DNA of 62,944 nucleotides, the filler included, from Parasitella parasitica NRRL 2501 (lineage: Eukaryota > Fungi > Mucoromycota): assembly GCA_025201805.1 (NCBI GenBank). It is 11 parts of 11 records of this genome, joined end to end, with 100 filler letters (N's around TTAATTAATTAA, not from the genome) between each part and the next. Parts side by side here need not be neighbours in the genome. Positions count along the whole stretch, not along the records: positions 46,027 to 60,706 come from MU619474.1; positions 60,807 to 62,944 come from MU619578.1; 9 more parts are not named here. One strand, given 5' to 3'. The position numbers were made by a program, and so were the translations under genes. The notes under the pieces are model-generated. The model was not told the origin of the DNA and ran no database searches. It saw only the letters and a program-made list of their open reading frames with translations. This document shows, piece by piece, positions 51,741 through 62,944 of this stretch (the first letter of the stretch is position 1; each line of letters begins with the position of its first letter).

Positions 51741-52645
51741 TGTGGAATCGGTATAAATTGTTACACGGATTCATTCACAGAAAACAATAAATGTCCACTT
51801 GATAAAGGTATAGGTTTTATTATCAAATCGACAGGTGTATAAAGCTCCAGTTCATCTACTGGCCAGGTGGATGAATCTTTATATACTCAAGCTATGTGTA
51901 GTGCCAGTGTCAAAGAGCGCAGCGTAATGTTATGTAAATATGATTTGTATAAAGTAATAAAGACTTCTCTGAATAAAACCAGATACAAAACTGAAGACTT
52001 TTATTGGCATAAGATATGATTTCTATTTATACTAAGATATCCCAATCAATGTTTATCCACATAACATCTGATGTTTGACAAGAAGTGTCAAGCCTTATTA
52101 AATCACAGCATTTCCAGGACAGACCTAATCTTCTATTTTACATTAAAGAGAAGATTCGAGTAGGATGTCTTCCCGACATCCCGCAATCTGATCTGGATGT
52201 ATTCTTTGAATAAGCCTGGAACCTTGCAAGAAGTCCAATTACAACTTGTAGCTTACTCCTTACAGTATTTGTTAAAGAATTACCAACAATTAATATCATG
52301 ATCCGTGCATTATGACTAAGTTAGATATGACTTTATATGGATACATCACTATGGCTAAATGTTCTACTCTCGCAATTTAACGTGTACGAAAATACTGCGT
52401 AACTAGCATCTTAACTTTGTGCTAACCAACATATCAGCAGACTCAAGATAACTTAAGTCTATTTGAGTGAGGAGATAGACTTTACCCGAGGTAGTACCCT
52501 GATCAATCTTCTATGCGAAGATTATTAATATCGATCCATAAGCGTATATCATCTCTTGTATAGTCCTATCCAGTCTATATTAATAGTACATGTCTGAGTG
52601 TATATCACTTGGTATTCATCTTAGCATCTATCGGTATATGTAGCT
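51740..52645. mobile_element. Partial family C LTR with nested family B solo LTR (51897-52348)
   Basis: Inner TSD CTATG; outer sequence matches 57507 onward. Confidence 0.85.
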
Positions 52646-52649
52646 ATAC

Positions 52650-53300
52650 GTTTCAAATAGACAAGATGCAGAGCCAAGCTCTGATCTGCTATATCCACCA
52701 AACCAACACCACCAAACTTGCGAGGAAGACATAAAGTTGACCAAGCAACACGCGTGTTCACCAGGACGAAACGACACCAAATACTCCCTAACTATTTTCT
52801 TGAGAGCCATCACCCACGACTCAGTAGCAGGGCCACCAGGAACAACACGCAACACATGATACACCTTGGACAACAGCAACGAGTTAGCCACAAGTCCAGC
52901 TCCCCGAATGGAGAGATTTCTTTNNNNNNNNNNATAACCTTCTTGATTTGAAACAGAGACTTTATTCTCCAATTTACACAAGCGTATCACATCACATCAT
53001 TGGACAATCTTTAATCTTCAATTGAAGTACAATGCCATGATCTCCTGTCTATAATTATGGCAGATCAGACAGCTCAGAAGTATGCCAGGTTGTTGACCCA
53101 GTCATAGGCCTTTTTTTGATCGAGGAGGAGACCTATATTTTTGTCAAGGGAGGCCATAGAGTCACTCTGTTTGGCAATGGTCCATCGGCCCTCTGCATCC
53201 TCCGTAATGATTTGACAGCGTAAACCATTTTCTGCAATATAATATTTGCCTGCTGGTATAAAGCCAATTTGATTTGCATTAATCAGTTTGTTGGGAGAGA
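52650..53300 (-). pseudogene. L1-like LINE RT fragments interrupted by an LTR E piece
   Basis: NQIGFIP...IAENG...LLLDQKKAYDWV and RNLSIRG...ANSLLLSKVYHVLRV. Confidence 0.8.
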
Positions 53301-53394
53301 CCATCACATCATCATCCGTTGGTTCAGCACCTTTGTAAAGCATTTGTAATCACAGAGAAATTTTTTTTTTGACAAACTGAACGATTTAGAACAA

Positions 53395-54725
53395 AAAATG
53401 CGCTTGCATTTTTAAATTCAGCTGTGTCTTCAGTCAAAGGCTTTGGGGGTATAGATGATAACTCTATACCATGCCATATCAGCATGCAATCATCTCTCTT
53501 TTCAGAAATCAGCACTAGACGATAGATCAGAACCTCTATAATTTGAAAACATTACCAATGAAAAGCACAACGTACCTTAAAATCCTAGTATTTTAAATTG
53601 ATATTACTGTATGTCGCAGATTTCTCAATTTCCCTTGTTTGTATTAAGCAGTATAGAGACAAGAGAAACAATCCACATGTCAACTAAAATACACCATTCG
53701 AATGCTACAATGCATTCAAACTTGGCTGTCATAACTAAAAGTCTACAAAAGAACTATGAGACCTGAAATAACTATTTTTCCCATTTTCTCCTCCCTTCAC
53801 TAAGGCTTTAGATTGAAATAACTTTTCATTAAGCAACCAATTTTCAAAACGTAAAAAGTAATGCATTTAACAACATTAAGTCTATCTTGTCATTTAGCTT
53901 TGGTGCACCAGATTATAGTTTTACCCTTAGTTTTATATGACTATATTGTTTACTGTAATGCATGCATTTACTGTCTACGCAAAAATACGGTCACTATTAG
54001 GCTTATCAAAAAATTGGCAACCCCCACCTCTTTTTTTTGCTGCTTCTCTACTTCTACTACTACGCTATTATGTTACTACTATATACCCCTATCTTTGATT
54101 ATCTACGATGCAAACGCATGCACTTTGTGTTCATTATTGCTGGTATTATACGTTAAACCTCTTTGATTGTGGGTAAAGTCGAATATTCCCCACGCTTTCT
54201 AAAGGACACTAACTTACACTCTCATACGCGTTTTTTATAGAACCTATCACGAGAAAACAATATACAGGATGTCGTCTTTCTAGTGCAGTAGTTCATTCTT
54301 CAGGTATTACCATTTATTATGTTTCTGTAAGAGCTTTTTTACTAACTGAAAAATCATTTTTGTTCTACATTATTAGGTTTGGTTCTATCTTCATGTCAAG
54401 TGGATGGCCTATCATTGAAACTTGACATTAGTTCTTTATCCGGGTCATACAGGAGCATGTAGGCTGTTTCTACTCATCGGCTGTGCTTACTCTAGCAGTT
54501 CTTGAGATGGGCCATTTTATCCGAAGCTGTGAAGTGTGGTAAGGCATTTTCCGGCTATTTAGGGTGGGGTATTCATTGAAATTCTACCAATTTCTATTTT
54601 TGGTCGAATTTCAAGCCCCGCTAACAACAAAACAGGGGGAAACCCTGTTTTTTTGTTTTTAGGATTTTGGTGTTGACTTAGCCAAATTAATCGCGATTTT
54701 TTAAAAAAATAATAAACAAAACTAG
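53395..54725. repeat. Second copy of non-coding repeat G1
   Basis: Collinear with 2378-3750. Confidence 0.85.
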
Positions 54726-55585
54726 AAATACTGCACATAATCTTCCCACTTTATGCCATTGCTTGTGTGATGAAATGGCACCTATCATATGGCACCACAA
54801 TTACATTTAAATAAAATCCAGATGGATCATGGCTGACCCATCCAAGAAAGAAATACATGAAAAGCACAAGTAAACATTAACAAGTGTTGGTAGAAGCTTG
54901 CACTCCTGATCAAAGTACAATCTCCTACAACCCTGGCACATGCTAATGTTGAACAACGCTGCACATAATCACAAATAAACAAATTTCAAACATGTATAAA
55001 CAATGCAATAATTCTAGATGCCAGAAATGGCTTGTTTATTACACAATAAGGAATGCTCAGTCGCAATAGAAATAATCAGGATCCTCAAATATTACAATCC
55101 TGCCCAAAACCATAGCATCAATTCCAATACTAACATATCGAAATCTCAACTACAACACAAGTGAAAGAATGTCAACAAAAGTGATTCTTGAAATAAGCTG
55201 TAAAATAAGCATTCTCACCTGTAGTGAGGCAGTTTTACAAGTAGTATAAATACAAGCTCTCTTAAAGAGCATGTATCTTTTCTTCAGTTTTCTTTTAATC
55301 GAAAATAAAGGTGGAAAGACTATAATTGTATTTCTCTGGCTTTATTTTTTTACTTTTTTTTATTTTCACATAAAATTGATCCCAATTTTATTGCAGCATC
55401 ATTGGACAATCTTCAATCTTCAATTGAAGTACATTGCCACGATCTCCTGTCTATAATTATGGCAGATCAATTAGAGAAGTGGAACTCGAGAACCGAGCAA
55501 CCAGAGAGGAGGAAGAAAATGAATTACCATCGGCAATATCAGAGTCTTTGGAAAGCTCGTCTAATTATGAGTTACGAGAAACGAT

Positions 55586-55892
55586 TGATTTATCAGAATG
55601 AGAAATTATTCAAATAAAACGGTTGTGAATTAATCAGGTAAAGATCTCGTTTATTACATGGAAAAATGATGGTTTATATACTAGTGAATCTAAGTGGACT
55701 GATGGGAGGATAAGATACAAGTGTGAGACATGGTGTGATTTAGAGAATGGAACGATAGATCGTATCTATTATCCATGAACATGTCATGTTGAGTTATAAA
55801 TAAGGAACATGATCCATTGGGATATGTTCCTGAATTGTGTTCAGGATTGAGTTTACTTGAGTTTGACTTCCGGTTGGGAAATTGACACATCA
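55586..55892. mobile_element. Solo LTR family F (307 bp)
   Basis: TGAT...ATCA; flanks ACGAT/ACAAT (one mismatch). Confidence 0.85.
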
Positions 55893-56104
55893 ACAATTAA
55901 AAAGTTCAAAAGGAATACAAAGAAATAATTCCATCCAAACTGGACAAGACAAGAGCAGATCAATAAAGAACTCTCTCCTAAACTCAAAAGTTGGAAATTC
56001 GACACATTACAAGTTGTCAACACCATCTACGAGCATTCAGAAAACTCCAAAATGCAAGCAAAAGCTACAACTGAAATATTCGCCTACTTGGACAGCATCA
56101 AGGG

Positions 56105-56411
56105 TGATGTGTCAATTTCCCAACCGGAAGTCAAACTCAAGTAAACTCAATCCTGAACACAATTCAGGAACATATCCCAATGGATCATGTTCCTTATTTA
56201 TAACTCAACATGACATGTTCATGGATAATAGATACGATCTATCGTTCCATTCTCTAAATCACACCATGTCTCACACTTGTATCTTATCCTCCCATCAGTC
56301 CACTTAGATTCACTAGTATATAAACCATCATTTTTCCATGTAATAAACGAGATCTTTACCTGATTAATTCACAACCGTTTTATTTGAATAATTTCTCATT
56401 CTGATAAATCA
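56105..56411. mobile_element. Solo LTR family F, inverted relative to 55586-55892
   Basis: TSD AAGGG. Confidence 0.9.
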
Positions 56412-56789
56412 AAGGGCAATATTTCATTCCAAACAGCCGATGACCAAGCAGTATATCAAGCAGCCCTTGAACAGTCTGAAAAACTTGCAATTATAGGATT
56501 TGCAACAGCAAAATTCCAGGATCAAAAAGCCAGAGAATATGCAACTGATGCACTTAGATTGCCAGCCAAAGTGTTAAGCATCTGGAGAGACTAGAAGAGA
56601 TGCTGAGGATGACAGAATAAAAGTCAATGCCTTTGAACCATTGTTCATCGACAGACTACAACAAGCAAGATTTGAATCAAAAATGGTTGGGGCAGCAGCT
56701 TCATCCTCATCAAATTATGGCAGATACTCAAGAGGAGGTAGTAACAGAGGTTACTCCAATAATTATGGAAGGCCCTTCCGAAGAACAGG

Positions 56790-57247
56790 TGTTGTGCCAG
56801 TGTCAAAGGGCGCAGCGTAATGTTATGTAAATATGATTTGTATAAAGTAATAATGACTTTTCTGAATAAAACCAGATACAAAACTGAAGACTTTTATTGA
56901 CGTAAGATAAGATCTCTATTTATACTAAATTATATCCCAATCAATGTTTATCCACTTAACAACTGATGTTTGACAAGAAGTGTCAAACCTTATTAAATCA
57001 CAGCATTTCCAGGACAGACCTATCTTTCTATTTTACATTAAAGAGAAGATTGGGTAGGATGTCTTCCCGACATCCCGCGATCTGATCTAGATGTATTCTT
57101 TGAATAAGCCTGAAACCTTGCAAGAGGTCCAATTACAACTTGTAGCTTATTCCTTATTTGTAAAGGAATTACCAACAATTAATATCATGATCCGTGCGTT
57201 ATGACTAAGTTAGATATGACATATGTAGCCTTTATATGGATACAACA
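56790..57247. mobile_element. Solo LTR family B
   Basis: Near-identical to 49203-49658; 5-bp flanks ACAGG/AGGAG do not match cleanly. Confidence 0.8.
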
Positions 57248-57506
57248 AGGAGGAAGTTTTCACCCAAGAAGAAGAGGACGTGGGAACCTTCATTCCTCTG
57301 AAAAAGGCAATTATCTCACAAAAGGAACTGGAACCAACAACATCGACAATCAGCACAGCAACAACAGCCAACAGTAATAAAGAGAGATAAAAATTGCCAA
57401 CTACTGTTAATCAACAAACAACCGCCACAATTACAACTACAATAGCAACAAAAACAACAGCTGATAACACAACAAAATTATTCGTTTCCCAAAGATGGGA
57501 TCTTAC

Positions 57507-58357
57507 TGTGGAATCGGTATAAATTGTTATATGGATTCACGGAAAAAAATTATAATAAAAAACAATAAAGTCAACTTGATAAGGTATAGGTTTTATTATC
57601 AAATCGACAGGTGTATAAAGCTCCAGTTCATCTACTGGCCAGGTAGATGAACCTTTATATACTTAAACTGTGGATAAATGTTCTATTCTCGCAATTTAAC
57701 ATGTACGACAATACTGCGTAACTAGCATCTTAACTTTGTGCTAACCTACATATCAGCAGACTCAAGATAACTTAAATATATTTCAGGAGATAGAATTTAC
57801 CCGAGGTAGTACCCTGATCAATCTTCTATGCGAAGATTATTAATATCGATCCATAAGCGTATATCATTCCTTGTATAGTCTTATCCAGTCTATATTAATA
57901 GTACATGTCTGAGTGTATATCACTTGGTATTCATCTTAGCATATATCGGTATATGTAGCACGTCTATAGCATGTCATAAGCATATCTATAACATTGCACA
58001 TATTGTACAAGTCTGTAGTACATGATGTACGTGTAGCTAGTATCATGGATATAAGTATATGTCTTGTAGTGCGTATCTGGAAACTGGGGATACGCATCTG
58101 AAGCATAGATCTTATATAACATAAGCTCGTAGCATATACTAATTCTAGTAAATGTCTAAGGCTTGTGTCGAGATATAAGTATCAGTCTATAGCGTCATCC
58201 ATCCTAATGGTGCCGTCTCTAGCTTATATCTTATATTATAGTATAAATCTGTATTGCACATCTTATTATCTGTGGGCATATGTAGTTTATATCAATTTAA
58301 GGTAACTGGATGAATCTAGAAGTGGAATGCAGATCATCATAGTGAATGTATTTCACA
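57507..58357. mobile_element. Solo LTR family C (851 bp) inserted at the start of the DIRS RT ORF
   Basis: TGTG...CACA, TSD CTTAC. Confidence 0.9.
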
Positions 58358-60903
58358 CTTACCAGGAGGACGTCTCACCAACAAGTTTCAAAAGAACTGG
58401 GAAAACATTACATCACAACCGTGGCCATTAGCAATAATCAAGGAAGGATATCGGATCCAATTTACAAGGACACACCGATTCCATGGAGATTGGCGTAAAG
58501 TATCAACAAGAGCTAAATATTGCAGAACAGAAGTTTCTCGATGCAGGAATAATAGAGAAATGTACAAGTCAAGACCGATCAAAAAAGTTCCTCTACAAAT
58601 TCTTTATACTACAGGAGGAGACAAAAAAGCGCCCCATCCTAGATTGCAGACAATTGAACAAGTTTGTCCAAGTGGAGCATTTCAAATGGAGGGTGTTCCA
58701 GTACTGAGGAAAATCATAGAAAGGACGATTTTCTAGTGAAGCTAGATCTGAAAGACGCGTATACAGTAGTGCCTATTCATATCAGCTCAAGGCCGTTCTT
58801 GGTGTTCAAAAACCAAGGAACAATATACCAGTACAAGTCTCTAAACTTCGGATTAAGTTCAGCGCCAAGTGTATTCAGCAAATTGCTAATACATGCACTG
58901 GAGCCTATAAGAAGAAAGGGAGTACGCCTGGTGTACTACCTGGACGACATTTATTTGCTAGGAAAAGGAAAGGAAGAGTTGAAAAGGACTACGTCTATCG
59001 TAATAGAGCATTTAGAGGCACTGGGATTTATCATCAATACCACAAAAAATATACTAACACCCATGAGATCTTAGGAATATCTCGGCTTTATGTTGGACAT
59101 AAAAAAGATGATGATCAAAGTCCCGGAACTGAAGATCAAGAAATTGCTTCAGAGAGTGAAGCAAGCACTGCTGCCGACAAAGAGGTCATGCAGATGGATA
59201 GTGAGTATGCTTGGAAAAATGACGGCGATGATCCCAGCAATAGGAGAAGCGCTACTGCACATACGGTACTTGCAGAGGGACTTGGCACGATCTCTACACA
59301 AGAATGCTTAAAAATTGGGAGAGCAATTACCAATTGTCGGATCAAACAATAGAAGAATTGAACTGGTGGAAAAAATTTGTGATTCAAAAAAATGGTCTAC
59401 CCATCAGGAGATTGGCTATGAAGAACCCAGAGGTGATAATCCACACAGACAGCTCGGACACAGGATGGGGAGTAAAATCCCGCATGATCAAGACATTTGG
59501 TTTTTGGAAACCAGAGGAGAGAAAATGCTGCCTATCAATGTAATCAATGTAATCATTGTAAGAGAGTTGACGGTCATCTATTTTGCTCTCAAACTACATG
59601 CAACAAAATTCCAAGGTTCAACAATCAAAATCTTCACCTACAACAAACTGCAATCAAATACACAGTAAAATCAGGAGGCACAGCATCAGTGTACCTTCAA
59701 GACCTTGCAGTGAAGATTCAATAGATCTCAAACCGATATCAACTGACGGTGATATATCAACGTGTCAAAGGAATATTGAAATGTGGAAGCGGATCAACTA
59801 TCCAGGAAGAAACTACCCTTATACGAATCAATGATTCCCAAGAGAGAGTGTTGAAGGAGATCAAGAGACAATTGGGCCCCTTGAAAGTAGATGCATTTGC
59901 GAATCGGCACAACAAGCAACTGAAGAGGTACTGGAGCCTCTTTCCAGACCCGTTTGCGGAAGCCACAGATGCATTCGCTCAAGTTTGGCCAAAGAAAGGA
60001 ACTTATTGCTACCCTCCTTGGAAACTAATTCCACAAGCCTTACATCAAGTAAAGGCAAGAAAAATCAAGCAGTTGGTATTGATCACTCCATATTGGACAG
60101 CACAGCACTGGTTCCCTATGCTACTCCAAATGAACCATCTAGGTCAACCGATGTTTTACAAGAAAAACAAGACGTTGACCTTTTAGCCGCATGGCTATTA
60201 TCAGGCATGGACGGAAAAAGGAAGGTCTTTATAAGGAAACATCTGAATATTTGACAACAGCAAAATGTTATGATAATGGCTGGAATATTTGGCTGACATG
60301 GTGTAAGGAGCAATCATCGAAGGACCCTCTAGAAGAGTATGATGCAAAAAATGTGCTGCTGCAATTTCTAGTGAGCAAAAAAGGTTTCAGCCATCAATAC
60401 TTGAACACGATAACGTCAGCAATTGCATTGGTCTTTAAAGTAATTTACCCTACAAAAGGTCCTATAGCAGAACAAGCTCTTATTCAGGAGTTTTTCAAAG
60501 CCAAAAGAAGAGAGAAAGTGGTAATTCCAAATAAAAGCCAGTTGGAAACATGGGATACAGATTTACTGGTGAACTATATCAAGAAGAATTGGAAGAAGAA
60601 CGAAGAGCCTTCACTGGAGGAATCACAAAACAATCATTACTGCAATGGAATGCTATAACTAAAAGCAAGTAACTAAAAAAAATAAGACTCAAATGTCACG
60701 CATAGTNNNNNNNNNNNNNNNNNNNNNNNNNNNNNNNNNNNNNNNNNNNNTTAATTAATTAANNNNNNNNNNNNNNNNNNNNNNNNNNNNNNNNNNNNNN
60801 NNNNNNACGGTTTATCATCTCAACATCACTTGCACTGTTCAAGAGGTGCATCTACTTATGGTTATCGCTTTCTACCCGTGGTCGACAAGCTGTTGTGGGG
60901 TAA

Positions 60904-61158
60904 TGATGTATCAATTCTAAAACCGGATGTCAATATAATATAAACTCATACTGAAGAGTAAAACATCAGATCATAAAATAATATGACATGACATTTGGGA
61001 TAGATACAATCTACCCTATCTCCCGGATCTCATCACTAAAACTTTTATCCTCACATCGCTTCCCTCAGTTCATAGAAAGTATATAAACCCTCTATTTTTG
61101 AATGTAATAAACGGATCTTTACCTGATTAATTTCTACTTGAACTTTTCTGATAAATCA
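60904..61158. mobile_element. LTR family A copy
   Basis: Near-identical to 42202-42456; flanks differ, no TSD. Confidence 0.85.
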
Positions 61159-61159
61159 C

Positions 61160-62400
61160 CTACAAATCAATACTTTGTTTACAACTGTAGCTTTATTATA
61201 TCTGCCAGAAATCAAAATCTTATCTCAACCAAACTGAATCCACCATTTTCCGGTCCTATGTTTAGAGGGCCAAAATGAAGCCATTCAAAAGGGTAAAAAT
61301 CAATGTCGTTCTTCGAGATTTCCTCGCTCAAAAATTGGTATTTTCTGACCAAACTAAAATCTTCTGGTAGCTATTTTGTAGCTCCATTTTAGTATTGGTA
61401 TATCATGTATCTTTAAATACCATTTACTGCTCTGAAAACTGTGAAAGTAAATGAAGCCTCTGCTAAAAACATCTGAAAAAAAATTTTTTTCGACATATCT
61501 ATTTAACACTAATAAAACTAGCAGAAAACTAAGTTTTAAAAATATTTTAGTAATTACTCAGGCCAAGTTGTCATAGTGGTTTGTAGAGAAATAGGGAGAC
61601 AAAGTTTAACGTAAAAAGACAAAATTGGCTCTAGATTGTCGAATTCGAGCTTTTGTACAACATGTTTAACACCAGAAGGTGTACCAAAATGTGCTTTATT
61701 ACTTTACTTAGGAACGTAAACTTGGTTTAGTTGCAAAATAAGGTACTTGTAATAGGAACATATACTGTAAAATCCGCAAAATCTGAAAAATCTAGTTGCG
61801 GTAATATCTCGACAACAACGATAGATATCGAGAATCGGAAGACGTAGTGAGGTACAGTTGTCATACTAGTATTAGCCTTTATTCTTAGTTTGGACCTCAA
61901 ATCCGTACCTAAAAATGACCCTGAAGGTTGACCCAAAGTTGAAAATTGAAAATCTAATCTGAGGTTTGGGGTCCAAACATAGCAAAATCTGAAAAATGGT
62001 CAGTGATGCATGAAACTCGGATATGCTGTAGAAGGACGCAAAAAAATAAGATGTTGGCTGAAGGTTGTGTCTTTATCGCTTACTAGTTTGTAAAGATATC
62101 AGAGAGTGTAGATTATGCCTTTAAGCGGGGAAAAAGATGATGGTCATGATTAGGTGGCATTTATTTTAACCTAAACATCAAGCCACATGAAAATAGCTTT
62201 TATATTCATATTTTACAGCATCTTGGGTATCGATATATGTAAAGACATAACCAGATTGTTTTTGGGGTTCATGCTCTGCTCCTTAATTGAAATAAGTGCT
62301 TCACTGCAATAAAGAGCTGTATTCGCAGTGGTAAATTCAAGCTCAGAAATATGTTTCCATTGCAACTTGCGCATATCCCTAATTTTCGTTGCTTAATATC
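61160..62400. repeat. Inverted copy of non-coding repeat G2
   Basis: Reverse complement of ~18400-19650. Confidence 0.9.
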
Positions 62401-62944
62401 TTAAAAACGTAAGTTTATAATGTTGCATTTGTTTGCTAAATTGATGTATATTTCAAATATTTCAATACAATAAAAAGAGACTTGTAATAATTCGCAGCTT
62501 TCAATTGTATCCAAAGAATAAAAGAAGTATCTCGTTTATTATGATATAAATACAGGGTATTTATATCTTCAATTATTTACTACAACTGAGATGGTAACTG
62601 TAATAACCAATAGATTAATGTGATAGTATGTTGTCACTGTTGATGAACGAATAGAAAATACGCCGCCGTGTTAGCATTGTCAATTGGTTTGATATGTTTC
62701 ATTGTTGAGATTGATCCAACAAGAATATGAGCTGATGTAACATACGAAATAGTTTGTTCGCACCTTGACATTTGAGCAAGTCCGCATACCTTGTTGATGT
62801 CATGGCAGCCGAGACATTGCGATAACTAGTGTCAGTTGAGATATTATACTGATTCGTATCTGATACAATATCATATAATATATTTGCAGTAAATCAGCAA
62901 GCGTAGTACTTGTAGGAATTGATATAGTGCAGATGTAGCAGTGC

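Larger units (their letters stand above)
55470..60706 (+). mobile_element. Degenerate DIRS-like tyrosine-recombinase retrotransposon (gag remnant, RT, RNase H, adenine-methyltransferase-like domain, YR N-terminus)
   Basis: PGGRL...WPLAIIKEGYRIQF, KRPILDC, LDLKDAY, FGLSSAP, YYLDDI; IHTDSSDTGWG; DAFANRHN...DAFAQVW...YPPW; last ORF resembles the YR N-terminal domain; many frameshifts and four LTR insertions. Confidence 0.9.

Noticed and set aside
55690-56307. Duplicated MCQFPNRKS peptide ORFs
   Set aside because: Chance frames in the two inverted family F LTRs.

Overview
AT-rich, intron-containing fungal DNA; gene and transposon content suggests Mucorales (inference). Ten gaps contain a TTAATTAATTAA six-frame-stop linker, so the window is probably concatenated contigs and adjacency across those linkers is not established. 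Host genes sit in two small islands: a RING-finger gene, a CDC12-type septin and a PKA regulatory subunit (8.9-14.3 kb), and Sec61 alpha plus a secreted/GPI-like gene (38.3-41.0 kb). The rest is mostly transposon-derived: many solo LTRs with 5-bp TSDs (nested up to three deep), L1-like LINE remnants, a gypsy gag, a DIRS element, IS630/Tc1 fragments and large non-coding dispersed repeats. Most notable: (1) six Fanzor/TnpB-like loci, including a spliced Fanzor1 inside a TA-flanked Mariner-type TIR element with both ends visible, and a Fanzor C-terminus followed by a Harbinger/Tourist-type end; (2) an intact four-exon gene with a serine-recombinase-like domain; (3) a spliced Rpn-like PD-(D/E)XK nuclease gene between apparently identical 589-bp inverted arms; (4) a polyadenylated ORF1-only LINE-like unit in tandem. 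All family assignments come from motifs recognised by eye, not database searches.
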